The notes: generated by a model not told the origin, from the letters alone. A DNA stretch of 64,000 nt from Camelus dromedarius (GCF_036321535.1 NC_087472.1:99574001-99638000), one strand, 5' to 3'; shown: positions 40,201 through 52,835, counted from the first letter of the stretch. Numbers and translations are program-made.

Positions 40201-40949
40201 AAAGACCATTATCTCTTGTGAAATAAAGACAAAATAGTGCCTATCTCTTAGGCATAAGCTTGTTAAGGGCGAGTTATGGGACAGTGAGAACTGTACTTGG
40301 ATTGAAACGTAAGGTGGTTGAAGAGAATTGAGGGGTAGATTGATGTTGTGTTTATAGGTTGAGAGATTTATATTCTTTAAGGAAGTTATGTTACCACTAA
40401 CAGAAACAAGGATGTTGATTAAGGACCAGCTTTGTAAAAGAAAGTAATTTGAGTTTTGAGGAAAAATTTGCCTGAGAGTAGCCCATTCACTAGAAATGTA
40501 CAGAGCCTCATATTAGAAAAAAGAGAGCCATGCTTAGTTGATACTGCAGACTGAGATACAAGATTATTAACATAGTAGAGAGAGGTGAGAGAAAATTTTT
40601 TAAAGTATGGAAAATGAGGTCGGCACAGACTTTTAAAGACACCAGCAGATGGAAGAATTCTGGAGTCCTACGTGTAGAAAGAATATGAAGCTACTTGGAT
40701 AGTCTCTTCTTACTCCCTCATTTTACAGAGGCTAGAACTGAGGTCCTGAGAGGTTTTGTGAAAGCTCCGTGTATCCTTTATTCCTCCCTCTCTCCACATC
40801 AGGTCATGGTTCTCTTGTTTCCATCTCCGAAATATTCCTTATTTGTCCCTCCTCTTCATGGTTAGGCTGGGTGGGATTCATTCTATGTGTAATAAGGACA
40901 GTGACCACCTTATCTGTTTTCCCACCCAGAGAATCAGGTCACCACTGCT

Positions 40950-42330
40950 TTTGTTGAAGTATTTAAGATTTTTGAATAGGAAAATGCACAATTCAAGTTT
41001 CAAAAAGTATAGCTTGAAATCTGTTTCCTAAATGTGTCCTGTAGCTAACTATTTCTCCTTCTCACAGGCAGTCATTGTTAACTTTTCACACGTGCTCTTC
41101 CAGAGATATTTTACGTATATACAAGCAAATGTGAATATGAATTTCCATTTTTTACACAATGGTAGCTTTATACTCTTCTTCACCTTGCTATGTTTATTTT
41201 TAAACTTACATTATGAAGAATTTGGAATATATACAGAAGCAGACTGGTATAATGGATGTCCATGTGCTCATCTGGTCCCAGACATCATCAGTTCACAGCT
41301 AAACTTGCACCATCCACACGAAACCAGGATCCAGATATGGTCTACACATTGCCATTGGTTGATATGTCTTTTAAGTCTCGTCTAATCTGTAGGGGTTTTT
41401 TTTTCCCTTCATAATGTATCTATTGAAAAAAAACAGATTGTCTTGTAGAATTGTCCCTGTGTCCCCCGCCCCCCACCTAGTCTGGATTTTGCTGATTCTA
41501 GGGGTTACAATAGGGATTGTATCTTGCTTTTTACTGTTTTTTTAATAGACTTTTAGAGCAGTTTTATGTTTATGGGAAAATGAGCAGAAAGTACAGAATA
41601 CCCCCCATTTCCTCTATTATTAACATTTTACATGAACCACTATAGATGCATTATAACTTATGTCCATAGTTTATATTAAAATTAATTCTTTATGTTGTAC
41701 GTTGTATGGGTTTTGACAAATGTATAGAGATGTGTATCCACCATTACAGTAACACACAGGGTAACAGCTTTGCTGCTGTCGGAATCCCGTGTGCTCCACC
41801 TAGTCACCTGTCCTTCCTTCCGCACTCCCCAGCTCTTGGCAACTACTGATCTCTTTACTCTCTCCATTCACCTACTGAGGACATCTTGGCTGCTTCCAAG
41901 TTCAGGCAGTTAGTACCTTGCTTTTTAACTTGCTCTGTGTGTCCTACAGCTGTGGGACAAAATATAAACTCTAGGGGTCGCCAGCGTTGTTGCTCTCCCT
42001 CTACCACCACAAAATCTGTGTGTCCCACAGCACTAACTGCTTTTTTTCCCTCCAACCATCTATTTGCACTCAGACCTTTCATTTGGGGGAGCAGGCATTT
42101 TTATAAAATTTATCATATGTCCCATCTTGACCTGTGTGGGCCACTGTAGGAGGAGTTCACTGAGCAGTGTACTCAGCCAAGTGGATGGTCATTATGTTTA
42201 TGATCCAGGGCAGTGTGGCCATTGGATGTAGATGTCCTCAGAAGGTGGTCTATATACTTTTATATAGTAACTCCTTTTGGTTCGTTTGTATTTTATGTCA
42301 GTGATATCCCAGAAGGAATTTCCAAGAGGT
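40950..42330 (-). mobile_element. Nested old L1M 3' fragments in EIF1AX intron 1
   Basis: ttttagagcagttttatgtttatgggaaaatgagcagaaagtacaga; ctcttggcaactactgatctctttact. Confidence 0.6.
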
Positions 42331-42413
42331 GTAGGGAAGTGACAATATGTAGGTGTTTAATATGATTGGAGATACATGATCAAATTAGGTGCATTTTTTA
42401 AGTGATTTTTTTT

Positions 42414-42610
42414 CAGGTTCGTTGTTTATTTTGAAGTATAGTTGATTTGCAACATTATATTAGTTTCAGGTGTATGACATAGTCATTCAGTATTTTTCTA
42501 GATTATACTTCATTTAAAGTTACTGTAAAATACTGGTTATATTCCCTGAGCTGTACAATATATCCTTGTAGCTTATTTATTTTATATGTAGTATTTTGTA
42601 CTTCTCATAA
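42414..42610 (-). mobile_element. Short antisense L1 3'-end insertion with a perfect 17-bp TSD
   Basis: TSD TTTAAGTGATTTTTTTT at 42397-42413 and 42611-42627; body is the reverse complement of the L1 tail at 7700-7870. Confidence 0.88.
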
Positions 42611-42702
42611 TTTAAGTGATTTTTTTTAAATGTTTTGTAAGCCTCCGTTTCTTTTCCTACTGTTCTGTAGATAATTAGTGTCTTTTTCTTTAAATCCACT
42701 AG

Positions 42703-42786
42703 GTAAAGGAGGTAAAAACAGACGCAGAGGTAAGAACGAGAATGAATCTGAAAAAAGAGAGCTGGTGTTCAAAGAAGATGGGCAAG
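42703..42786 (+). CDS. EIF1AX: eIF1A exon 2
   Basis: ctag|GT AAA...CAA G|gtaagc; 84 nt; [28 protein letters not shown]. Confidence 0.97.
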
Positions 42787-44700
42787 GTAAGCATTTTCAT
42801 AGACTAGGTTTCTTTTAGTAATAGTTTTCTTTTTAAAATAAGGAATTACATAAAAGAGACTATTCATAATCCTGAGAGATAAATTGCATTTCCCTTTTTG
42901 CTCTTCTCCATTTCTCATCCCCAGCACTTCTCCAGAGCCTTTGTTTAGGTGTTCATTTCTTGGTATACTCAGTCTGTGTTCACAATTGGTGGCATTTCTG
43001 TAAAGATGTGGGGTTCACTCTTTGTGTGAACACTCGTGTTGTAACTAAGAATGAATTGAACAGTTCAGAGGGAATTAAGCCTCAAAAGCCATGGTTGACA
43101 ATTCCATGAGTTAGTAGACTCTTTTTGATAGTAAATAGTGCTGCGTATTATGTTCAGTACACCATGGGTGTTTGAAGGCTGAATCCGAGGCCTTTGCTCT
43201 TCTGCTCCACTGTTACTGGCATGTAATTTCATAAAATATAATAAAATGAAACGGAACAGTTGACTGACCTTTTCAAACCGATTAAGATTTTTGGTAAGTG
43301 CCAGGCCAAACTACATAATACTAATTTTCCATATTTTTATTTTGAGTGATTTCAGATTTTTAGAAAAGTTGCAGTATCAGTACAATGAATTCCCTTAAAC
43401 CCTTCATCTGTGTATTTTTCCTGAACCGTTTGAAAGTTAGTTGCAGACATCATGATACTTTTCCCTTACTACTTCATCATGTCACCTAAGAACAAGTATA
43501 TTCTCATGTAACTATAATAGAATTATCACACTTGGCTCTCTTTAACATGAATATGTTATATATCTAGTATATAGTCCATGTTTAAAATTTTCCAGTTATC
43601 CCAGTAATTTACAACAGTTTTTAACAAAGAACCTTTTCTGATTGTCTTTTTATAGAACTTGGTGGATTTGTTCATGCCACGTATATATAAGCCACTAAAA
43701 ATGAAACATCTTCTGGCTAAAACACCTTTTTCTTTCGTATCCATAGTCATTCTTGTCTCCAGTAGCAGTTGACTTTATTTTGACTGCCACTACTTTTTCT
43801 TCTTGTGTTTTTCTCCCACTTTGGAAGAGGGGCTGCCTTTGAATTGACCAACCATGTTTAAGTGCTAGGTGGGTGCTAGGTTCACTGTAGTCTGAGTGAC
43901 TCACTTCCACTTGTCAACCCTGCAGTTGAGCCTTCGACAGTTAAGTCTCAGTGTATTTACATATTGGTGGATTCCTCTTTGAGGGTGAGGCGTATGTACA
44001 ACTTAAGCCAAAAGCAGTGATCGCCACCCCCTACCCCGTCTTCTGTCATTTAATGACAGGCGCATGTGCAAGATAGTGCTCATAATCTCCTCAGCTTTGC
44101 AAGTGGCAGTGAAACCGGGTGACTTCTTGGTTGCTCTTCTGGAATGGTTTTTGATTAAAAGTTCGGCATTTTGCCTGGGAATATCTTTCTGACTTTATAA
44201 AAACTTCAGGATAATCACTAAGATATTCTAATTTAACAAAAATATTATTAACATTTGAGTTGCTTATATTTGCCAATGTACCAAAAATTGTGTTGAGATT
44301 AGCCTCTAAAGGTTCTGAGAGAAAGGAGATCTAAAATTGGGCGAGGATCCAAAGCGGGAGACTGGTGAGGGGTAGTGTACATTTTGGGACCAGGCACCTT
44401 GATCTCTAGAAGTAGAGTATACAGTCAGGAGGACAGTAGTCAGTCTGCTTAACTCAAGATGAGTAGGTAATTGAAACATTTCTGATAGCAGGGACAGCTT
44501 GTCCTGGAAGTGGCATTCCACATTCTTGGTTCTAGTTAGCAAGTTAGCTAGCTTGGTGTTTATCACTCCCTCGTACTTATTTCACTGCATATACATATTC
44601 CCAACCAACACACCTATGTCTTCTAGTCAGTTTTATGTGGACTTTTGAGTTGCTTTTATCAAAAATTGAGCAATATCCTGTACCCTTTCCCCTCCCCCAG

Positions 44701-44804
44701 AGTATGCTCAAGTAATCAAAATGCTGGGAAATGGACGATTAGAAGCGATGTGTTTTGATGGTGTAAAGAGGTTATGTCACATCAGAGGGAAATTGAGAAA
44801 AAAG
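44701..44804 (+). CDS. EIF1AX: eIF1A exon 3 (OB fold)
   Basis: ccag|AG TAT...AAG|gtaggt; 104 nt; [35 protein letters not shown]. Confidence 0.97.
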
Positions 44805-45872
44805 GTAGGTTTGGTGACTTGTTTTACTTTAATATAAACTTGTGATTGAGGGAGAAAAGGGCTCTTAAGATTTTTATGGGCCAAGGACCTCATTTTTGTA
44901 AGTTCCCAAGAAATATTTATAGAACAGTGATTTACCTCTACGTCAAAACAGCAAGATCTTTGATGGCAGTTTTATACAGATTCTATTTAAAGAGTCATTT
45001 GCGTCACCTATCTTGTATTCCTGGCCAAAATGATTAACCTGAATCTAATGAGGAGACAACAAATCCAAACTGAGGGACGCTCCACAAAACAAGCTGCTGA
45101 ACTTACTACAATGCTAGTATTAATGAAAGGAGAAAAAAGCTGAGTGGGCTGTTTCAATTTAGAAAAGATTAAAGAGACTTAATTGTTAAAAGAGGTAGGT
45201 GGCCCTTGTTTGGATTCTGGTTTGAGGGTGGGGGAAATAGCTGTGAAGAGCATTAAGAAAATCTGAATATGAATTGTGGTAAATAAGTGTTGTATTGATG
45301 TTAAATTCCCTGAATTGTGATCATGAATGGGCTGCCTTGGAAGGTAATGGTTCATTTCCCCTCATGGTAGATGTTCAGGCAGATTTATTGATCAGGTTGG
45401 TTAAAAGTCCCTCCAACCCTGATTTTATGATATATATATATTTTAATTTGTTTTGCTAATCTTTCTGTTACCAAGCTAAAGGGGTTTGCTTCCTGTGGGT
45501 GGGTGGGTGGGTGGGAGATAAAACCACATTCCTAATTTACTTTTCTCATCTATAATGAGTAACTAACCACTTGGAGTGGTTCACTATTAAAAATTCCTTA
45601 ATTTCTAAACTAATCATTGTTCCTTTGGAATTGTTAAACTGTCAAGTAGTTGAATGAGATTGTTATTTTTCTAATACCCCAAATTATAGAAAATTTGCAA
45701 CTCACTTAGCTGCTTACTACAGTTTTTTTTTTTGCCTCTAAGTCTTAATATAGGTACTTTACCCACAGTTGGGTGAATAATATGTATATTTTATGGGAAG
45801 ACTGACTCAACGTTGCTCTTGATTGATTCTTTATTTTTCTTTTAAACCTAGCCTGTGACTTTTCTCTTATAG

Positions 45873-45923
45873 GTTTGGATAAATACCTCAGACATTATAT
45901 TGGTTGGTCTACGAGACTACCAG
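45873..45923 (+). CDS. EIF1AX: eIF1A exon 4
   Basis: atag|GTT TGG...CAG|gtaaaa; 51 nt; VWINTSDIILVGLRDYQ. Confidence 0.97.
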
Positions 45924-46053
45924 GTAAAAACAAAATTGAAATTGTCTTTGTTTACTCGCTTGAATTTGATGAACCATTAATGTTTAGAATATAGGTCATA
46001 ACCATATTTGACCAGTTCCAGGCCAGTATACTGCTTACTATTACGTCATTACT

Positions 46054-47603
46054 GAAGAAAAAGAGGCTGGAGGAGTAACTCTCCCAGACTTCAGACAATA
46101 CTGTAGAGCTATAGTAATCAAGACAGCATGGTATTGGTACAAAAACAGACATATAGACCAATGGAACAGAATAGAGAGCCCAGAAGTGAACCCACAAACT
46201 TTTGATCAACTAATCTTCGACAAAGCAGGCAAGAATATACAATGGAATAAAGACAGTCTCTTCAGCAAATGGTGTTGGTAAAACTGGACAGCAGCATGTA
46301 AATCAACGAAGCTAGAACACTCCCTTACACCATACACAAAAATAAACTCAGAATGGATCAAAGACTTAAACATAAGACAAGATACAGTAAACCTCCTAGA
46401 AGAAAACATAGGCAAAACATTATCTGACATACATCTCAAGATGTTCTCCTAGGGCAGTCTACCCAAGCAATAGAAATAAAAGCAAGAATAAACAAATGGG
46501 ACCTAGTTAAACTTACAAGCCTGTGCACAGAAAGGAAACCATAAGCAAAACAAAGCGACAACCTACGGGAGAAAATTTTTGCAAAAGATGAAACCAACAA
46601 AGGCTTGATCTCCAAAATAAATAAGCAGCTCATACGACTTAAAAAAAACAAACAACCCAATCCAAAAATGGGCAGAAGACCTAAACAAGCAATTCTCCAA
46701 GGAAGACATACAAATGATTAATAGGCACATGAAAAAATGCTCAATATCACTAATTATCAGAGAAATGCAAATCAAAACTACAATGAGGTATCACCTCACA
46801 CCAGCCAGAATGGCCATCATTCAAAAGTCCACAAATGACAAATGCTGGAGAGGCTGTGGAGAAAGGGGAACCCTCCTACACTGCTGGTGGGAATGCAGTT
46901 TGGTGCAGCCACTGTGGAAAACACTATGGAGATTCCTCAAAAGACTAGGAATAGACTTAACATAGGACCCAGGAATCCTGCTCCTGGGCGTATATCCAGA
47001 AGGAACCCTACTCCAAAAAGACACTTGGACCCCAATGTTCATAGCAGCACTATTTACAATAGCCAAGACACGGAAACAGCCTAAATGTCCATCAACAGAT
47101 GACTGAATAAAGAAGATGTGGTATATTTATACAATCAAATGCTATTCAGCCATAAAAAATGACAACATAATGCCATTTGCAGCAACATGATGTCCCTGGA
47201 GAATGTCATTCTAAGTGAAGTAAGCCAGAAAGAGAAAGAAAAATACCAAATGAGATCACTCATATGTGGAATCTTAAAAAAAAAAACAAAACATAAATAC
47301 AAAACAGAAGCAGACTCATAGACATAGAATACAAACTTGTGGTTGCCAAGGGGAAGGGGGGTGGGAAGGGACAGACTGGGAGTTCAAAATTTGTAGATAT
47401 TGACAGGCATATGTAGAATAAACAAACAAGATTATACTGTATAGCACAGGGAAATATATACAAGATCTGGTGGTAGCTCACAGTGAAAAAATGCGACAAT
47501 ACATGTATGTTCATGTATAACTGAAAAATTGTGCTCTACACTGGAATTTGACACAACATTGTAAAATGACTGTAACTCAATAAAAAAAAAAGTTTTAAAA
47601 AAA
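46054..47603 (+). mobile_element. Relatively young 5'-truncated L1 (ORF2 C-terminal part, 3'UTR, A-tail) in EIF1AX intron 4
   Basis: ORF2-like reading ([28 protein letters not shown] region [19 protein letters not shown]) broken by frameshifts; AATAAA at 47579 and A-tail. Confidence 0.93.
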
Positions 47604-48424
47604 TGTCAACAAACATTTCTTAAGTGCCAGTTATGTCTTAGGTGTTGTGCTAGGTACCCAGGGATCATGGTTCCTAAATGCCAGTCTGTGGAGTCTATGT
47701 TTTCACTATAGAAGAAATATAGACAGTGTGAGTTTTTCATGAAGCTAAATGGTTGTTCTTTTTCCTTTTGGGGTGTTTTCCTTTGTTTTTTTTTAATTGA
47801 ACTATAGTCGATTAACAGCGTGTTAATCTCTTGTACAGCGTGGTGATTCAGTTATACACAAACATTTTTTTTCATTATAGGTTACTGTAAGATTGAATAT
47901 AGTCTCGTGCTATACAGTAGGACTTTGTCTCCTTTTTCGATATTTAAAAAGTTCCCTTTTTTGGAATGAGGGATATTATATTATGGTTTTGTTAGTGTTC
48001 TTAGTTGGCAAGATAACTGCCCCCCCCTTAATTATATGTCTTGAAGTCAAAATCTGGAACTGTTACTCTAGACAATACAGCTGAATATGTTAAGCTTCCA
48101 TCTCACAAAGTGCTTACAGCCTGGTAGTGGAGAGAATAAGGCAGGCACACAAGTAATTACATTACAAACCGTGATACAAGTATGTGCTCTGAATTTAGAT
48201 GAGCAATTAGAGAAGAAAATAGTAGTTGCCCTTCATGATCTCAGCCTGGAGACTCTACTGATTGTGGTCTGTGGAATCCATTTGGTTTCCACTTATTGGA
48301 ACTCATCACCATGTGTTTATGACACTGTAAGTGATAAGCATTTCTATTTTTGTAACCTCGATTGTACTTTGATTTTTTTAAAATACATATTCCAGAATAA
48401 AGAATTAAAATCTTAACTTTAAAT

Positions 48425-48648
48425 CAATGATTCTCAACCGTGGGTGATTTTTTTTTTCCTCCAGAGGACATAGGGCAGTGTCTGGAGATATTTCTGGTTG
48501 TTACAACTGAGGATAAGGGGGCAGTGCTGCTGGCTGGTATCTGGTGGCCACGGGGGATGCTAAACATCCTACAATGCACAGGACAGTTCCTGCAACAGAA
48601 TTATATGTCCCAAAATTATCAGTAGTGCTGAGGCTGAGGCAGCCTCCT
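48425..48648 (+). mobile_element. MER20
   Basis: caatgattctcaacc...gtgtctggagatatttctggttgttacaactg...gctaaacatcctacaatgcacaggacag. Confidence 0.85.
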
Positions 48649-48939
48649 TTAAATTTGTACCATTTTAGTGTCCATTTTCTTCTTTTGATCTTAAAAGAAA
48701 ACCCAGAAACCTGGAAGTAGGAAAAATTAGTTCCCTGTTTGACAGATAAGGAAACCAAGGTTCCAAAAGGGGTAATGTTCATAATACAAAATGACAACTG
48801 CAGAAAGTTTTCTGATTCTCAGTCTCCCATGATCCTTCTTTTGCGCTGCTTCCCCTTAAAGGGTGGTTCAGTCTACCAGTAGCGTCACTAATTTTGGGCA
48901 ACTTGTTAGGAATGCAGATTCTTGAACCCCACCCCAGGC

Positions 48940-49040
48940 CTCTCTCTCTCTCTCTCTCTCTCTCTCGCTCTCGCTCTCGCTCTCGCTCTCGCTCTCGCTC
49001 TCTCTCTATATATATATATGTGTATATATATACACACACA
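48940..49040. repeat. (TC)n(TCGCTC)n(TA)n(CA)n microsatellite inside a MER5A-like element (~48855-49072)
   Basis: Directly visible; flanks aacttgttaggaatgcagattcttgaaccccaccccaggcc and agtttaagaagtgctg. Confidence 0.9.
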
Positions 49041-49669
49041 TTATAGTTTAAGAAGTGCTGGTCTGAATCACCATGCTCTTGGATCACTTACCACTTTCGC
49101 TGTGTTTCTTTAGGCCTTTCCAAGTCCAAAGAACTTTTTGAAGTTGAAATAATCAGCTTCAACCCTTTTTTCTTAACTGAGTCAGGACTAATCTATCTTC
49201 AGGAGGTGTAAAAGCTCCACAGGAGATTCTGGTGGATTTGTACCCTAAGAACCACTGATATATGGAAAGGTTATAATTTCTATAGGTCATTATACCAGTC
49301 TCAGTTTTGGAATTAGAATATTTAATCACTTGTAAATTATGGTTCCAGGGATTTTTTTTTATTTCAAAAGACTTCTGATCAAAGGGTAGCTATAAACAAT
49401 CTAGAAGATTGGGTCTGCACAGTTCTCTTACTGAAGTGAAATCTGTAAATATCTTCCCTAAGTTTTTTGACCATTTATGTATGTAGGCTTCTTTATACTG
49501 GGTTAAAACCAAGTATGTTTTTCAGAGGGTAGGTGAAAACTAAATTTTTAGAAAAAGGAGAAAAGTTTATAGCACAACAGTGAGATTTAATTTCTTACCA
49601 GTTTGAAAATAATTTATGAAATGACATATTTTGACATAGTCATTTATAAGAGTTATTTGTCTCTTTAAG

Positions 49670-49751
49670 GATAATAAAGCTGATGTAATTTTAAAATACA
49701 ATGCAGATGAGGCTCGAAGTCTGAAGGCATATGGCGAACTTCCAGAACATG
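49670..49751 (+). CDS. EIF1AX: eIF1A exon 5
   Basis: taag|GAT AAT...CAT G|gtaatg; 82 nt; [27 protein letters not shown]. Confidence 0.97.
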
Positions 49752-49922
49752 GTAATGTCTGAGTTATTATATTAAACTATTATATGGTGTTATTACCTGG
49801 TGGTATTTAGATGAAGGAATTAGTGGATTTTGCATATTTAATTTTGTGCTTATGTAATTCATTCTAAGTATGCCTGCCTGTACTTCATAATACTAAAAAG
49901 ACTCTTATGTTCATCTACTTTA

Positions 49923-50016
49923 GGTTTATTTATTTTTAGAGGAAGTACTGGAGGTTGAACCCAGGACTTTGTGCATGCTAAGCATGCACTCTACCACTTG
50001 AGCTGTATCCTCCCAC
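49923..50016 (-). mobile_element. tRNA-derived SINE (camelid Vic-1-like)
   Basis: Reverse complement GGGAGGATACAGCTCAAGTGGTAGAGTGCATGC...GGGTTCAACCTCCAGTAC with A/B boxes; TSD TGTTCATCT(A/G)CTTTA at 49908-49922 and 50017-50031. Confidence 0.85.
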
Positions 50017-50090
50017 TGTTCATCTGCTTTAAACGTGAAGCAAGGATAGTAATTAGGTACTGTTGTCAATATTTTTATTAAAAAGTTTTC

Positions 50091-50213
50091 GGGGGAACGG
50101 TGTAGCTCAGTGGTAGAGTGCATGCCTAGTATGCCCGAGAGCCTGGATTCAATCCCCAGTACTTCCCTTAAATAAATAAGTAAATAAATAATAAACCTAA
50201 TTGCCCCCCCAAC
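50091..50213 (+). mobile_element. tRNA-derived SINE (camelid Vic-1-like)
   Basis: GGGGGAACGGTGTAGCTCAGTGGTAGAGTGCATGC...GGATTCAATCCCCAGTAC followed by an (AAAT)n tail. Confidence 0.85.
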
Positions 50214-50996
50214 AAAAAGTCAGCTTTCAGTTCATTTTGTCCTAGTATCATAGCATCCCATAGGATTTTGTTAAACCAGCATTACCTGTTTCCCCCGACA
50301 CTTCAAAAATTATGCCTTCTTAATGCAGAAAACCCAAATAAACAACAAAAAGTCTCTCATAATCTCATCAAGGGGGAAGTATACTTTACATACTATTTTG
50401 AAAGCCTACATTTTTCATTTGACAGTTTTTTTTTTTTTTTTTAGTTCTGTTGCATGTTATCGTGAGAACTATAATTTTACTTGAGTGTAAAAATCCTGCT
50501 GAAGTTAATTACTTGGCGCTTCCAAGCTAGGAAATGCTGCTAATTTATCTGGGACTAGGACTAGCACTTGCTGGTTCATTTTCATTGTTTAGGGATAAAT
50601 AGGATTTGACCAAATTTTTCTGATTGATGAGTTTATCTGATGATTTGTTACTTGTTAGCATGTGCTCGAACCTTTTTTGAAGCATAGCTGGAAGTTGTAA
50701 TAGCTTTAGAATTTGTGTATTTAAAACCTGTCTTACTAGAAATACCTTTGTGAACAAAAAAACTATTTCCATCTTGATTCAGATTTTGTTGTATAAAATA
50801 CTGTTCTATATACTGGGGTTGTTAGATAGAAGTTATGAGGATCTTTTTGGTAATGAAATGTAGATTAAATTAAAAGTTGGGCTTTTAAGAGGCTCCTTTT
50901 ATAGTTGAATATTTGATATCCAACTACTTTTAGTGGGCAGTTTATTCATTTTAATATCATCTTGGTTATATTATATATTTGTTATTGTTTCTTTAG

Positions 50997-51088
50997 CTAA
51001 AATCAATGAAACTGATACATTTGGCCCTGGAGATGATGATGAAATCCAGTTTGATGACATTGGAGATGATGATGAAGACATTGATGAT
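50997..51088 (+). CDS. EIF1AX: eIF1A exon 6 (acidic C-terminal tail)
   Basis: ttag|CT AAA...GAT|gtaagt; 92 nt; [31 protein letters not shown]. Confidence 0.97.
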
Positions 51089-52835
51089 GTAAGTAGATGC
51101 ACCTTGGATTTTTCAACTTTCTGAATTATTCACAGAGAAACCAGCTCTTTCCCTCTCTTCCTTTAATTCAAGAATGTTGAACACTTCAATAAGGGTGCAT
51201 TTCGAGACTTGTCCATGAACTAAATACACGGTAGTATTTAGAAGACTGTTTATACTTTGAGAATTCTTATAATCTTTTTAAATATTTCTTCCTGAAAAGA
51301 TCAAAATTTGCTTTGGCAGTATGAATGCTAGGCATTGGAATCATAACTTGTTTAATTAAGAATGTGTAGAGAGATTGCTGTTAAGAAATTTAGCAGACAA
51401 TTGTGAGAAATATAAGGTCTTATCAAAGAACCATGCCCCTTTGTTTAAACTGAAATATTTTGTGACATATATATCATATTTGTTGATGATACATATAATA
51501 TTTGTTGATAATAGTTGATGTACAACATAGTGATTCACAATTTTTAAAAGTTATACTCTCTAGTTATTATAAAATACTGGCTCTATTCCTTGTGTTGTAC
51601 ACACATGCCTTCTCTTAACTGAAGCACTTGTATGTCAAGAGAATAGTCTTATGTGAATCGGTTTGATATGAAGCATTGGGATTACAAACAACATTAAAGT
51701 CCTTGTTAAAATTTAGGCCTTTTGCCAATTACATTATTTTATCTGTTAGATAGGCACTGTTGGCAAACTCTTGGTTTGGAGCTGGTGTGTTTATTTTAAT
51801 AATTGGGGTGATATTTTAAGTTACTCTAAAATCTGGTTTGGGCTCTTCTTTTCAACCCCTTTAAATAAAAATGTAGTTTAGAAACGACCTGTGTATATAA
51901 ATCTAAAAATAGAATACTAATGTTTGATCTGATTCAAAGGTGACATTTTAGTATACCTGGAACAGTTGTTCCCAACCATAATTGTGCAACAGAACTTTTC
52001 AAAAATACAAGGCCTGTCTTGGAGAGGTCTGAGTTACCATCACAAGTGATACTTAGCGCCAGGATTCTACAATTAACGTATTTCTGTACTTGGTTTATCA
52101 CATATCTATCTAGCCCTTTATTCATCTATCAGTCCATCTTATATTTTGATGCATCTCCAAACCATTTAGAATACACCATGAATTAAAGAACATTTGAGCA
52201 CCTGTCCCCAGTGTGTATATGCGTTTATTAATTTTTTAGCATATTGTATTTTAAAGCATACCCTGAAATAGAAAATTAAAAAGGATAAGAAATAAATACA
52301 TCATTCTGTTTTTAATGTGCCTCCCTTTGGAGACCCCTGAGCCAGAGGATTCTTGTGACTAAACTGTTAATGATACTTTGATAGTAGATTTATCAATAAT
52401 ATTCTGTGACAAGAACCTGAAACAGGGCTATTGTGTTGTAATTAAGGGGTAATCCAGACACTCTGATGACTGGGCTGGGGTAGAAGGCCTTTTTAGGAAA
52501 TGAAGAACCTAATCAGAGAACACGCCTAAATATGAAGCCACATGCACAGAGGTGACAGGATGAAGATGTGGATAGGGTTGAACTTTTCTAAGAAAAATAT
52601 TTCTGAATCTGTGCCAGTGCTTCCTCAGAACTGGGCCTAGCCTGTAACATTCTGAAGGATATAAAGATTCACTGGCAGCAGACTGGAATTGAGAAAAACC
52701 TAGTGTACAGAATTTCCTCTTCAAACTGGTTTTGCTTTCCAGATAGCCAAAGGGGGTGCATGTCTCCCTTATATGTGGTAGACTGTTGGAATATAAAAAT
52801 TCTTTCTGTTGATCTGATGTTCTTTTTCCTTCCAG

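Noticed and set aside
50091..50165. Possible tRNA-Ala gene
   Set aside because: Has an AT-rich tail, poor acceptor-stem pairing and a sister copy with a TSD, so it is a SINE
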